DNA from: an uncultured Bacteroidales bacterium
GTDB taxonomy: Bacteria; Bacteroidota; Bacteroidia; Bacteroidales; UBA12077
Assembly (NCBI GenBank): GCA_964461045.1
Contig: CAYWSJ010000005.1
Location: 1 to 57,127, forward strand
DNA: 57,127 nucleotides
Reading direction: 5' to 3'
Below the pieces are notes generated by a model. That model made no database searches. It worked only from the letters and a program-made list of their open reading frames with translations, and had not been told where the DNA came from. A program made the position numbers and the translations under genes. Shown piece by piece: positions 1 to 10,700 of this stretch. Within the stretch, counting starts at the first letter, position 1; each line of letters opens with the position of its first letter.

Positions 1-1037
1 ACGATGAAAACAAACAGGAGCGCCCACCAAAGGGTTTCTGTCAGGTTTCCAATTGATTGTACAATTAATTCATCGGTATTCATAATTTCGAATACCTTCA
101 TATCTTCCGGAAGCTCTGTTTTGATCTCCTCGATTTTGTTCCTCACTGAAGAAGTAACTTTAAGTGTGTTGACACCCGACTGTTTTTGAACCATCAGGGC
201 AACTCCTCGTCCGTACTTGTTTCTTGCAAATTCATCTTTGTCTTTATAATCGTCAACGACAGTAGCTACATCGCTTAATCTAATAATATTTCCATTAAAA
301 TTAATCAGAGCAAGATTTCGTATATCATCCGTATTTTTGAATTTTGCAGGAATTTTTACAGAAAAATCATTGGGCCCTACTTTAATATTCCCCCCTGGAA
401 TACTGATGTTTTCTGCTTTAAGAATACTTGCTAATTCTTCAATAGCCAGGTTATAAGCATTTAATTTTTGAGGGTCCACTTGTATTTTTATTTCCCTTTC
501 CGGTTGTCCTACGTATATTATTGAACCCACTCCTTCCACTTTTTTAACAGGATTGGCTATTTCATCGTTGATGATATCATTAATCCCTTCATAATTCTCT
601 TCGGCTGTTATTCCATAAACCAGTACCGGGAATAGCGATGAATTTACTTTATAAATGATTGGTGAATTTGCGTCATCCGGTAAATCCCTCTTTTGTAGTT
701 CAATCAGATCCCTGGCATTGTTTGAGGCCTCAGAAATATCAGCGCCCCAGCTAAATTGTAATGCAATAAAGGATACGTTTTCTTTTGAGGTTGAAGTAAT
801 TTCTTTAAGATTTTCCGTTCCAGCCAACACCTCTTCCAATGGTTTGGTTACCTGCTCTTCAACTTCTTCTGCAGAAGCGCCGGGGTAAACCGTCATAACA
901 GTCAGGGTTGGAAGTTCCATCTCGGGCATGATATCCAGTGGGAGTCTATATAATGAGACCAGGCCAAACAAGAGGATTGCAAGGAAAGCCATTGTTGTGG
1001 CTATAGGTCTGTTAACTGCTAGTTTTGGTAATCTCAT
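1..1037 (-). CDS. Efflux RND transporter permease subunit (AcrB/AcrD/AcrF family), N-terminal part only, runs off the window
   Basis: Not in the ORF track. Hand translation from ATG at 1037 gives MRLPKLAVNRPIATTMAFLAILLFGLVSLYRLPLDIMPEMELPTLTVMTVYPGASAEEVEEQVTKPLEE, a typical AcrB-family N-terminus. It lies directly downstream of the adaptor gene. Confidence 0.93.
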   Translation of the reverse strand, partial: MRLPKLAVNRPIATTMAFLAILLFGLVSLYRLPLDIMPEMELPTLTVMTVYPGASAEEVEEQVTKPLEEVLAGTENLKEITSTSKENVSFIALQFSWGADISEASNNARDLIELQKRDLPDDANSPIIYKVNSSLFPVLVYGITAEENYEGINDIINDEIANPVKKVEGVGSIIYVGQPEREIKIQVDPQKLNAYNLAIEELASILKAENISIPGGNIKVGPNDFSVKIPAKFKNTDDIRNLALINFNGNIIRLSDVATVVDDYKDKDEFARNKYGRGVALMVQKQSGVNTLKVTSSVRNKIEEIKTELPEDMKVFEIMNTDELIVQSIGNLTETLWWALLFVFI

Positions 1038-1048
1038 AAACTATAAAT

Positions 1049-2083
1049 TTATTTAATGGTTATTTTATCGCCGTCGTTGAGTTTATTTTTTCCGTGAACA
1101 ACAACCTTAACATTGCTTTGAATTCCTTTTACAGCTGTTTTATCTCCTTTGCTATAAAGCTTATTGATAGGTTTTTTAGATACTTTTCCGTTTTCAACCA
1201 CAAAAACATAATGATTTCCTGTTCCTGGTTGCCTGTAGATAGAATTCAGAGGAACGAAAACATCTGTTTTTTCCGGCATTTTAATAAATGTCTTTGCATA
1301 CATTCCCGGCTTAAATTTTCTTTCTTTATTGTTTATCATTATTTCAACTTCTCCTGTTCTGGTGGCAGTCGAAAGGATAGGTTTTATTTTACTTACCTTT
1401 CCATTGACAGGTTGCTCCGGGTAGGCATCAAAAACAACTTTTACTTCCCTGCCTTTTTTTACAAGTGGTATATCCTTTTCATTTACTTTTATTTTTATTT
1501 TTATTTTGCCGAGCTTCATAAGTTTTACAATGCCTGATGTATGTGAAAATCCTGGCTTCAGGCTTGGAGAGAACATAAAATTTTCTCCTTCTTCAACAAG
1601 ATAATCAACAATTGTACCTGAGAAAGGTGCCCTGATTTCACAGTTTTTCTTCATCATACGGGCTTTTGCCTTTGCTGCCTCATACTTTGCTTTCACATGA
1701 TCAAATTTTTGTTGGCTCACACTTCCTTTTTCTCTCAGTCTTTTCAGTCTTTCATAATCCTTTTTTAGTGTACTTTTTTCAGCAAGGGCCTGTGCATAGA
1801 GTTCAGCAGATAATTCCACGATTAACTGATCTTTTTTTACAAAATCACCTTCCTGAAAATGAATTTCTTCTACTCTCCCGGGCAGTGTGGTTCCCAGGTT
1901 GGCCTCTTTAAATGGCATGGCAGTACCGCTGTAAACTAGCTCAGGATTGTATGTTTTGCTTACTGCTCTTGCAGTTGTAACTGCTATTTTCTTTTCTTCC
2001 TTTTTCTTTTCTTCAGTCTTTTGCTGGTTATTGCATCCCGCAATTACCAAAGCTACTGTGAGGGGAATAATTAGTTTTTTCAT
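1049..2083 (-). CDS. Efflux RND transporter periplasmic adaptor subunit (lipoprotein)
   Basis: Lipobox IAGC; lipoyl-like GRVEEIHFQEGDFVKK, coiled hairpin, IRAPFSGTI and FKPGMYA motifs; sits between TolC and AcrB genes. Confidence 0.93.
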   Translation of the reverse strand: MKKLIIPLTVALVIAGCNNQQKTEEKKKEEKKIAVTTARAVSKTYNPELVYSGTAMPFKEANLGTTLPGRVEEIHFQEGDFVKKDQLIVELSAELYAQALAEKSTLKKDYERLKRLREKGSVSQQKFDHVKAKYEAAKAKARMMKKNCEIRAPFSGTIVDYLVEEGENFMFSPSLKPGFSHTSGIVKLMKLGKIKIKIKVNEKDIPLVKKGREVKVVFDAYPEQPVNGKVSKIKPILSTATRTGEVEIMINNKERKFKPGMYAKTFIKMPEKTDVFVPLNSIYRQPGTGNHYVFVVENGKVSKKPINKLYSKGDKTAVKGIQSNVKVVVHGKNKLNDGDKITIK

Positions 2084-2085
2084 AT

Positions 2086-3585
2086 TTAATTATTTTCATT
2101 GTTTACCATTGAATCAATTCGGCCCGATGCTTTCATTAGTTTTGTTTCATTCAGTTTAAATTCAGTTTTAGCTTCAATATAATTGGTGTATGCTTCCTGC
2201 CAGCTGCTTTGTGCTTCCAGAACATCCGCTATTTTACCAATTCCTTCTTTATAATTGTCCTTGGTCATTTCCAGATTTTCTTCAGCCTGTGCAAGAGAAG
2301 TCTCTGTCATTTCTATTTTTTTTATTGCTTCATTATATTTGAATATGGCTTTTTTTACTTCAAGAGAGACCAGTTCTTTTGTTTCCTCAAGCTTTTCCTG
2401 TGCAGCTTTTCGATAATGTTTTGCTGCATTTAAGGTATGTTTCTTATCACCAAAGTGGAAAATGGGAATGTTAACCATCACGCCTACTGTCCAGTCAGCC
2501 CCGAATTCCTCTTCAAAGCCATTGTAAGGATTTGGATTTGTAAAATTGTAACTTGCTTTTACTCCAATATTCGGAAGATATCTCGACAGCATAAGTTTTT
2601 CTCCGGTTTTTGCTACTTTAACGCCTTTGTTTAGTGCATTTAGTTCTGGTCTTTGCTCCATGGCTGTGCTTAGGTATTTGTCAGGGTTGTTGAGTTGATA
2701 AATATTTCCTAATGAATCCGCCAGCCGGAAGGTAGTATCCAGAGGAAAGCCAACTGTCTGATTAAGAGCCATTCTGGATAGTTTTAATCCGTTTTTGGCT
2801 TTTAAGAGTTTTAGTTCGATATTGTTCTTCTTTACTTTTACTTTCATTACATCATTGCTGGTGATAATACCTTCCTTTTGAAGGTTTTTCAGATCAACTA
2901 ATAAAGTATCGACACGTTTAAGGTAATCTTTTACCATTTTTACTTTTTCTTTGAGAGAAATGACTTTCCAGTATTTTTCATCTGTTTCCAGAATAACCTC
3001 AGATTCACTTACATTCTTTTTTGCTTCCATCATTTGCTCTCCATATTTGGCCATCTTATAAGTGTTTCTTATTTTTCCTCCCATATAAATAGGTTGGGTA
3101 AAGCCAACACTCCCGAAAAATACATTTTTTATATCCAGGGTTGCCTGATCCTTTGGAAGATATGCATAATTTTCAAAAAGAGGTTCACCTGTTTGTGGGT
3201 CTTCTACCGGGATGGGTATTCCGTTAAAATCTTTTGTGACAAATGTTTCTTCGACAAGCCCGGGGTTTGTGGAAGGATCCAGAATCTCAAAACCATTTTG
3301 ATAGACCTCACTAGGTACTACCGGTAAAAAAATGTCTTCACTCAGCATTTGTATTTTTTTATTCATCCGCATATATCCGCCATTGAAACTAAAATTAGGA
3401 TAAAACTGGGTTTTTGTTGATTTTTTAATTGCTTCAACAGCGTATTGATTTTCCTGGGCAATTTTGATTTTTTTGTTATGCTTAAGAGCAAGTTTCCTGC
3501 ATTCTTCCAGCGTCATCTTTTTTTGACCTGTACTTAGAATCGTTATAAGCATTAACAAAAAAGTGAATGTGGTCTTCTTTTTCAT
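2086..3585 (-). CDS. TolC family outer membrane efflux protein
   Basis: Signal peptide (start likely MKKKTTF at 3585), MTLEECRKLAL, FTQPIYMGGK, RPEL, IPIFHFG motifs; operon context. Confidence 0.92.
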   Translation of the reverse strand: MKKKTTFTFLLMLITILSTGQKKMTLEECRKLALKHNKKIKIAQENQYAVEAIKKSTKTQFYPNFSFNGGYMRMNKKIQMLSEDIFLPVVPSEVYQNGFEILDPSTNPGLVEETFVTKDFNGIPIPVEDPQTGEPLFENYAYLPKDQATLDIKNVFFGSVGFTQPIYMGGKIRNTYKMAKYGEQMMEAKKNVSESEVILETDEKYWKVISLKEKVKMVKDYLKRVDTLLVDLKNLQKEGIITSNDVMKVKVKKNNIELKLLKAKNGLKLSRMALNQTVGFPLDTTFRLADSLGNIYQLNNPDKYLSTAMEQRPELNALNKGVKVAKTGEKLMLSRYLPNIGVKASYNFTNPNPYNGFEEEFGADWTVGVMVNIPIFHFGDKKHTLNAAKHYRKAAQEKLEETKELVSLEVKKAIFKYNEAIKKIEMTETSLAQAEENLEMTKDNYKEGIGKIADVLEAQSSWQEAYTNYIEAKTEFKLNETKLMKASGRIDSMVNNENN

Positions 3586-3612
3586 TCTTATCTCTTTTTT
3601 TATTTTCAAAAA

Positions 3613-4206
3613 TTATTGGTTGACTATTCCATAAAATAAGATGTCCAACAGTCCATCAACTCTGCTTTTCAGATGCTCCATCGGATAGTCATTTTTTATA
3701 AATAACGGGACTTCCAGTCCTTTCATAGCTGTAACAATTGCCATGGCTGTTAGCTCTCTTTCCTTTAAAGAAAATACTTTCTTTTCCTCTCCTTCTTTAA
3801 GGATATTTTCAATTGTCTGGTGTTCTTCTTTATCATATTCTTCTCTGATTTCTTCTACAAATGACAAATTTTTTAAATAGTCATTTCTAAGTGCTTCATT
3901 AAAATTCACGAAATTCTTCATAAATCTCATTCGCAGGAGAACATAATTTCTGAGTTTTTCTTTCGGATGCATTTCTGCATTAATAACCTTAGTTTCAATT
4001 TCTTTTTTTAAATCTTCAGCCTCTTTGTCAATTACAGCCTTAAAAATTTCTTCTTTACTTTTGAAATAATAATAGATTGAGCTTTTCCCTTTTCCCAGCG
4101 CCTGGGCAATGTCATCAACAGTAGTTTTTTTAAAACCGAACTTGCTGAAAATTCTGGTGGCAATGTTTATGATCTTATCTTTTATAGAATTTTTTTTAGC
4201 ACTCAT
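3613..4206 (-). CDS. TetR/AcrR family transcriptional regulator
   Basis: HTH GFKKTTVDDIAQALGKGKSSIYYYFKSKEEIF; likely start MSAKK (ATG at 4206); first gene of the efflux operon. Confidence 0.95.
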   Translation of the reverse strand: MSAKKNSIKDKIINIATRIFSKFGFKKTTVDDIAQALGKGKSSIYYYFKSKEEIFKAVIDKEAEDLKKEIETKVINAEMHPKEKLRNYVLLRMRFMKNFVNFNEALRNDYLKNLSFVEEIREEYDKEEHQTIENILKEGEEKKVFSLKERELTAMAIVTAMKGLEVPLFIKNDYPMEHLKSRVDGLLDILFYGIVNQ

Positions 4207-4222
4207 AAATTGAAAATTTGAC

Positions 4223-4244
4223 TTTTGAACTCGAATGTTCAAAA
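4223..4244. promoter_or_regulatory. Candidate TetR operator, perfect inverted repeat TTTTGAAC-N6-GTTCAAAA
   Basis: Palindrome read directly at 4223-4230 / 4237-4244, 17 bp upstream of the tetR ATG and overlapping the predicted -7 element. Confidence 0.65.
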
Positions 4245-4271
4245 ATACAAAAATAATTATTGCAAATCAAA
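4240..4271 (-). promoter_or_regulatory. Bacteroidota housekeeping-sigma promoter for the tetR-efflux operon
   Basis: Minus strand TATTTTTG (TAnnTTTG, 4247-4240) and TTTG (4271-4268) separated by 20 nt, matching the -33/-7 consensus. Confidence 0.6.
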
Positions 4272-4563
4272 TTATTCGACTATTTTTTTCTAAAAGTCAA
4301 AAAATGTTCAATTAAGCTTAATGTTATCTTTTTTATTCTTAACGGTTTATAAAAGATAAGGATTAATAAAGAAAAATATTAGATATGGAAATAATTGAGA
4401 TTTTTAATCTAATGATAACAGCTCTTAACCGTATGCAAATAACCGTTAATCAAATAGCTTTAACTATCCGGGGGCTGGTTTATCCTTTCTAAATTACAGT
4501 AACTAAGTTTATACTATCTTATAAAAAAAATGTTTCATATTTATTAAGAATTTTTATTATTAC

Positions 4564-4571
4564 TATATTTG
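4564..4571 (+). promoter_or_regulatory. Candidate -7 promoter element (TATATTTG) for the adhesin operon
   Basis: Matches TAnnTTTG about 190 nt upstream of the ATG at 4763; no clear -33 TTTG. Confidence 0.4.
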
Positions 4572-4762
4572 AAAGCTAATAAAAGAGCTACAATAATTAA
4601 GACTTAGGCTTTTAAATTACTCATGGTACTTGAATAAAATGAAGTTCAAACTTTTGATAGAGTTTGAATAAGCTTTTAATAATACATTATAAGAAAATAA
4701 GTTAGAGAATAATTATCGCTACATGTATTAAGAACTGTAATTCAATTAAATAAGTGTTTGCA

Positions 4763-7700
4763 ATGAAAAAATTACTCGTATTTTTCTTCGTCCTTTATGC
4801 TTTTTATGTGAATGGTCAGGAAGGGACCAAGCAATTAATGCCCAATTCATCGGATCGATTATGGTTAGAGATAAATTGCTCCGGGAAAGAATTTGCTACA
4901 TATGGCGCCCCGGATAAAAGCAGGTTGTATGTCTATCTGAACGCAGGGGAGACTATGTACTTTGGTATGAAAATAGCAGATTACAGTTGGTGGGATATAG
5001 AGAACTATAATACAGCTTACTTTAGGGTACGTAATGAATCTGGTTCAGTAGTATATTCAGAAACTGAAATTCCTGGTTCCGGGGAAACCGGTTATGTTTC
5101 TACTTATGACCAGGCTGTTACAGGACCCAACGGAGCAATAATTAACAATACAACAATTACAGGAGGATACACCCCTCTTTCATTTACAGCTCCTACATCA
5201 GGGAATTATTATTTTGAATTTATCTCCAGAGATTATTATGGTAACAGGGATGATAATGACCGTTTTGCCTTTGAATTTTTTGATGCTACAGTTACAAGAA
5301 ATGATACAGTAATAACCAATCCGGGTGAGCCCAATAAATCTGCAGGAAGACTTTGGTCTAAAGGCTGGGCGCTGACAAACACCAGTTTTGTTGATTACCC
5401 GGCCAAAGTGTATTTTTATGTTTTTACTTCTGATGAATTTGTCAATAAAATACAATATCAAATGAAGCCATATTCTTTTGATTTTGTCTCGAATTCATTT
5501 GGTGTGGATAATTCTTCTTCTCTTAATGTTATTGAAAAAGCTCAGAGTCAGGATGGGAATCAAACAGGTTCTTCGGATATTTCTGAATACAGAATATTTT
5601 TGAATGACCCGGATCGTGGTGTTTGGAAAACAACAGCACTCCCACCTCCAGAAGTAAAAGTCTGGTATGAAGATCAGTTAATTTATGATTACGATTATAT
5701 GAGGGAACCTCAAATGTTAGAAATTGAGCTCGATACACTTCCCCTGGAAAAGAATATGCCTTCTTGTTCTTATTCAAGTGTAACCATATTTACGATCGAA
5801 ACAAATGTAGCTGGTTTTACAACAATTTTACTGGATATTGATGGGAATGGATATTCCACAGCAGGGAATGACAGGGTTTTACATCAGGAATTGAAAAAAG
5901 GAAGGAATTATATTTTATGGAATTTCAGGAATGATAACGGAGATGTTGTATCTAACGGACCTGTATCTGCAACAGCTACTTTTTACGGGAGAGGTGCAAC
6001 CAATTTCCCTTTGTATGATGTGGAAACACTAAGTGGAGTGTCCACAAAGACTAAACGGCCTTTTAATAAATTATGTCCTACTTTATACTGGGATGACAGT
6101 CAGATTTCTGATTGGGGAGATGATGCAGGAACTGGCTCTATGGACGAAACTGAACAGAGACAGTTGACTTATGGCTCTACCGAAGTGCCGAGAGTATGGG
6201 CTTTTAACGATGATAAAGAATGGAGTGAACACAATGGGAATATGAATACAATGAACGCCTGGTATAATGCAATTGATCTTGGAAGACCTCATATTGATTA
6301 TAATATTATCACAAGTGATACTCTGTGTGTCAATGGAAGTCGTCCTATGATAGCAGATGTTCATGTAGATACGACTAAAAATGATCCCATTGTTTTTTTT
6401 GCATCTGATTTTACCAGCAAATTTTCGGATCCTTTTGATAATCCCTTAACAAGTATTCAAGTATTATCTTTACCAGATCATGGTACTCTTGAGCTAAACA
6501 GCAGCCCAGTAAATATTGGAGATAATGTTGATGTAAGCCAGATTTCAAACCTTACATTTACCCCTGAAACTGACTGGACAGGAGAAACTACCTTCTTGTG
6601 GAATGGTACCAATGGGACTTATAGTGCCGAAGAGAGTGATACTGTACATTTGTTTATTAATACACCTCCTGATATTTCACACATAGGAGATACCTCAATT
6701 TGTACGGATAACGATCTACAGATACAATTTACAGTAGATGATGCAGATGATATTCATGATCCCGAAGATATTGATGTTATTGCTTATTCTAATAACCTGA
6801 ATGTTGTACCAAATTCGGGTATTGAAGTAACAGGAACAGGAGCTACAAGAACCTTAACGGTACAGCCATTTGGAATTAAATCGGGGTATACAATAATATA
6901 TTTGCAAGCATACGACGGAGTTACATCAATAATTGAACAGTTTGCTATTAAGATGTCTCCATCCCTTGAGTTTATTGGCGATACAACTGTATGTGCAGGC
7001 TCAGAGTTAGAATTAACAGCAGTGGAAATTGGAGCCGATTCATACATCTGGGAACGTAACGGAACAGTACTGGGCACAGAAAGAACTTATACCGATCCTG
7101 CTCTTTATGCACATGAAACAGGTACCTACACTTTAACTATTGTAAAAGGAGAATGTACTTCCTCCAGGGATTTTACTGTTTCTATTTCTCCTATTGTTAC
7201 TTTTACAGGAGATACTGACCTGTGTGTAGGAGAGAATCTTTCATTAAGTGCTGATGAAACAACAGCGGATGAATATCGCTGGGAAAGAGGAGGCTATGAG
7301 GTGGGAACATCCAAGGTGCTAAACATTAACGATTTAGAACTTAGTGATGCAGGGAATGACTATACTTTATATGTAAGAAAAGAAGGCTGTGAGAATACTT
7401 CTGATCCTTTTACTATTTCTGTAATTGAAAATACTGATACCACCTTAACGGTTACTGGCTGTACAGTGAATCTGGGAGAAGATGGAACTGTTACTATTGG
7501 GAATTCTGATAATGGAATTGTCTACAACGCTTATATTGCAAGTAACCTCGTAGCTACGGGTGTTGGAACAGGATCTGATCTTACTATAACAATTCCAGCT
7601 GCTGACTTGAATATTGGTGATAACATTGTGACAATTACTGCGGATAACGGCAATTGTATAGTAGATATGGTGGAAGAAGCCAATGTACATGTGAATGTTG

Positions 7701-10700
7701 TACCTCTTGCAGAAGATGACATGGCTACGACTGATGAAGATACTGAAGTGACCGTAGATGTACTGGATAATGACAGTGGCCTGGATGACGGTGGACTTAA
7801 TATTACCGTAGAAACCCCACCTCAGAATGGAAGCGTTACTAGTATTGGTTACAGTACTATTACTTATCAACCTGATCAGGACTTTTTTGGAAACGACAGC
7901 TTGGTTTACCAGGTTTGTGATGCCGATGGAGATTGTGATCAGGCAAAAGTTTACTTTACAGTTAATCCGGTTGATGATAATCCTGTAGCAAACGATGATT
8001 CTGAAACCACCAATGAAGATACCCCGGTTACTTTAAATATACTGGATAATGATACAGGTTTGGATGATGGTCTCACTGTAACAATTAATACAGATGTATC
8101 TGACGGAAATACAGCGGTGAACCCCGATAATACTGTTACTTATACACCGAATACTGATTTTAACGGCACGGATAGTTTTACATACACAGTTGAAGATGAA
8201 GATGGAGATTCTGATAATGCAACAGCAGAGATTTCTGTTATTCCTGTAGATGATAGCCCTGTGGCAAATGACGATACGGATTTTACAAATGAAGACACTG
8301 ATGTTACAACGCATGTGCTTGATAATGACTCAGGTCTGGGAGACGGTGGCCTTAATGTAACAATAGTGAATGATGCCAGCAATGGGACAACAGTTGTTAA
8401 TGGTGACAATTCAATAACTTATAGTCCTTCTCCTGATTATAACGGTCCTGAAAGCATAACCTACCAGGTATGTGATGTGGATGGTGATTGCGATAATGCA
8501 ACCCTGGATATAACCGTAAATCCTGTCGACGATGTGCCGAATGCGATTGATGACAATGCAACAACAAATGAAGATACAGATGTTACAGTTGATGTAATAA
8601 GCAATGATGAGAACCTGGGAGACGGAGGACTAAGCGTTGCAATTAACAATAATCCTTCAAATGGAATTGTCGTTGTAAACGCTGATAACACAATAACATA
8701 TACTCCGAATGCTGATTTTAACGGTTCTGATAGTTTTGAATATCAGTTATGTGATGCAGACAGTGATTGTGATATCGCAACTGTGACAGTTAATGTCAGT
8801 CCGACTGATGATATCCCCGTAGCCAACGATGATGCAGCTTCTACAAACGAAGATGAAAGTGTTGATGTGGATGTATTAAGTAATGATGAAGGATTGGGTG
8901 ATGGAGGACTTACCTTGTCTGTTACAACAGCTGCAAATCATGGTACTGCTGTAGTAAATGGAAGTACAATAACCTATACGCCTGATCCTGATTTTTCGGG
9001 TTCAGATGAGTTCACTTACCAGGTTTGTGATGGTGATCCAACTCCTGATTGTGATAATGCAACCGTATCAATAAGTGTGAGTTCCGTAGATGATACTCCT
9101 GATGCAGTTAATGATTCAGAATCAACTGATGAAGATACAGAAGTAACATTTAATGTGCTGAGTAATGATAACGGATTAGGCGATGGTGGTTTAACTGTTA
9201 CAATAGAAAGCAATGCCAGCCATGGAACTGCATCTGTGAATGGAGATAACACAATTACCTATACTCCTGATGCTAATTATTTTGGTTCTGATAGTTTTGA
9301 CTACCAGGTATGTGACGGAGATAATGATTGTAGTATTGCTACGGTTGACATGACAGTTAACCCGGTGGATGACATACCTGTTGCTTCTGATGATGCCGAG
9401 TCTACCAACCAGGATACTGAGGTTACATTTAGTGTATTGAACAATGATTCAGGCCTGGGAGACGGGGATCTCTCTGTTACAGTAACTGATGCCCCAGACC
9501 ATGGCACTGCAGTGGTAAACGGAGATAATACAATTACTTATACTCCTGATCCAGGTTATGCTGGTTCGGATGAATTTATTTACGAGGTTTGTGATGGTGA
9601 TGCAACACCGGATTGCGACAATGCTGTTGTTACCATGACAATCGATGATACCGATGATTTCCCTGTGGCAAATGATGATACTCAAACCACAGATGAGGAT
9701 AATAGTGTGAATGTGGATGTTCTGGATAATGATACTGGTCTTGAAGATGGCGGACTGAGCGTTGCAGTTACTGCGAATCCTTCAAATGGAACTGCTACAG
9801 TCAATCCTGACAATACAATAACTTATACCCCGGATGAAAATTATAATGGCCCGGACAACTTTGACTATGAAGTATGCGATGCCGATGGCGATTGTGATAA
9901 TGCCAATGTTGATATTACAGTTGCTTCTGTTGATGATATTCCAGTTGCCAATGCAGATGGAACGTCTACTGATGAAGATACTGATGTTACAATTGATGTT
10001 TTGGCTAATGATGCCGGTTTAGGGGATGGTGTAAACACTGTTAACATAGTTACAAATCCTGTAAACGGAACAGCTAATGTGAATGCAGGCAGTAATACAA
10101 TCACTTATAGCCCGAATACCGATTTTTATGGTTCAGACAGTCTGGAATATGAAATTTGTGATACTGATGGAGATTGTGATACTGCAACGGTAACCATAAG
10201 TGTGAATTCAGTAAATGATATTCCTGTGGCAAATGATGATAATGCTTCAACAGCTGAAGATACGGATGTTACAGTCAATGTCTTATCAAACGATAATGGT
10301 TTAGGAGACGGAGGGTTAAGTGTAAATATCACTGCACAACCAACCCATGGAACAGTTTCTGTAAATGGTGATAATACAATTACTTATACACCTGAAACAG
10401 ATTATAACGGTTCGGATAGTTTTACCTACCAGGTTTGCGATGTGAATGATGATTGTGATGAGGCGGTTGTAGATATTTCCATTAGTGCCGAAAATGATGA
10501 ACCTGATGCTATTTCTGACTCTGAATCTACTAATGAAGATACCGATGTAACCATTTCTGTTCTTGATAATGATACAGGACTCGGCGATGGTGGAATCGAC
10601 GTAACAATCAATACAGACCCTGCCAACGGGAGCGTTGTAGCAAATGCAGACAATACAATAACTTACACCCCGGCAACTGATTATAATGGTTCTGATAGTT

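Noticed and set aside
4217-4301. Invertible (phase-variable) promoter flanked by TTTGACTTTT / AAAAGTCAAA
   Set aside because: Only 10 bp, AT-rich, no recombinase gene in the window; better explained as operator half-sites.
4339-4449. TTAACGGTT / AACCGTTAA inverted pair in the intergenic region
   Set aside because: 9 bp and does not extend; plausible by chance at this AT content.
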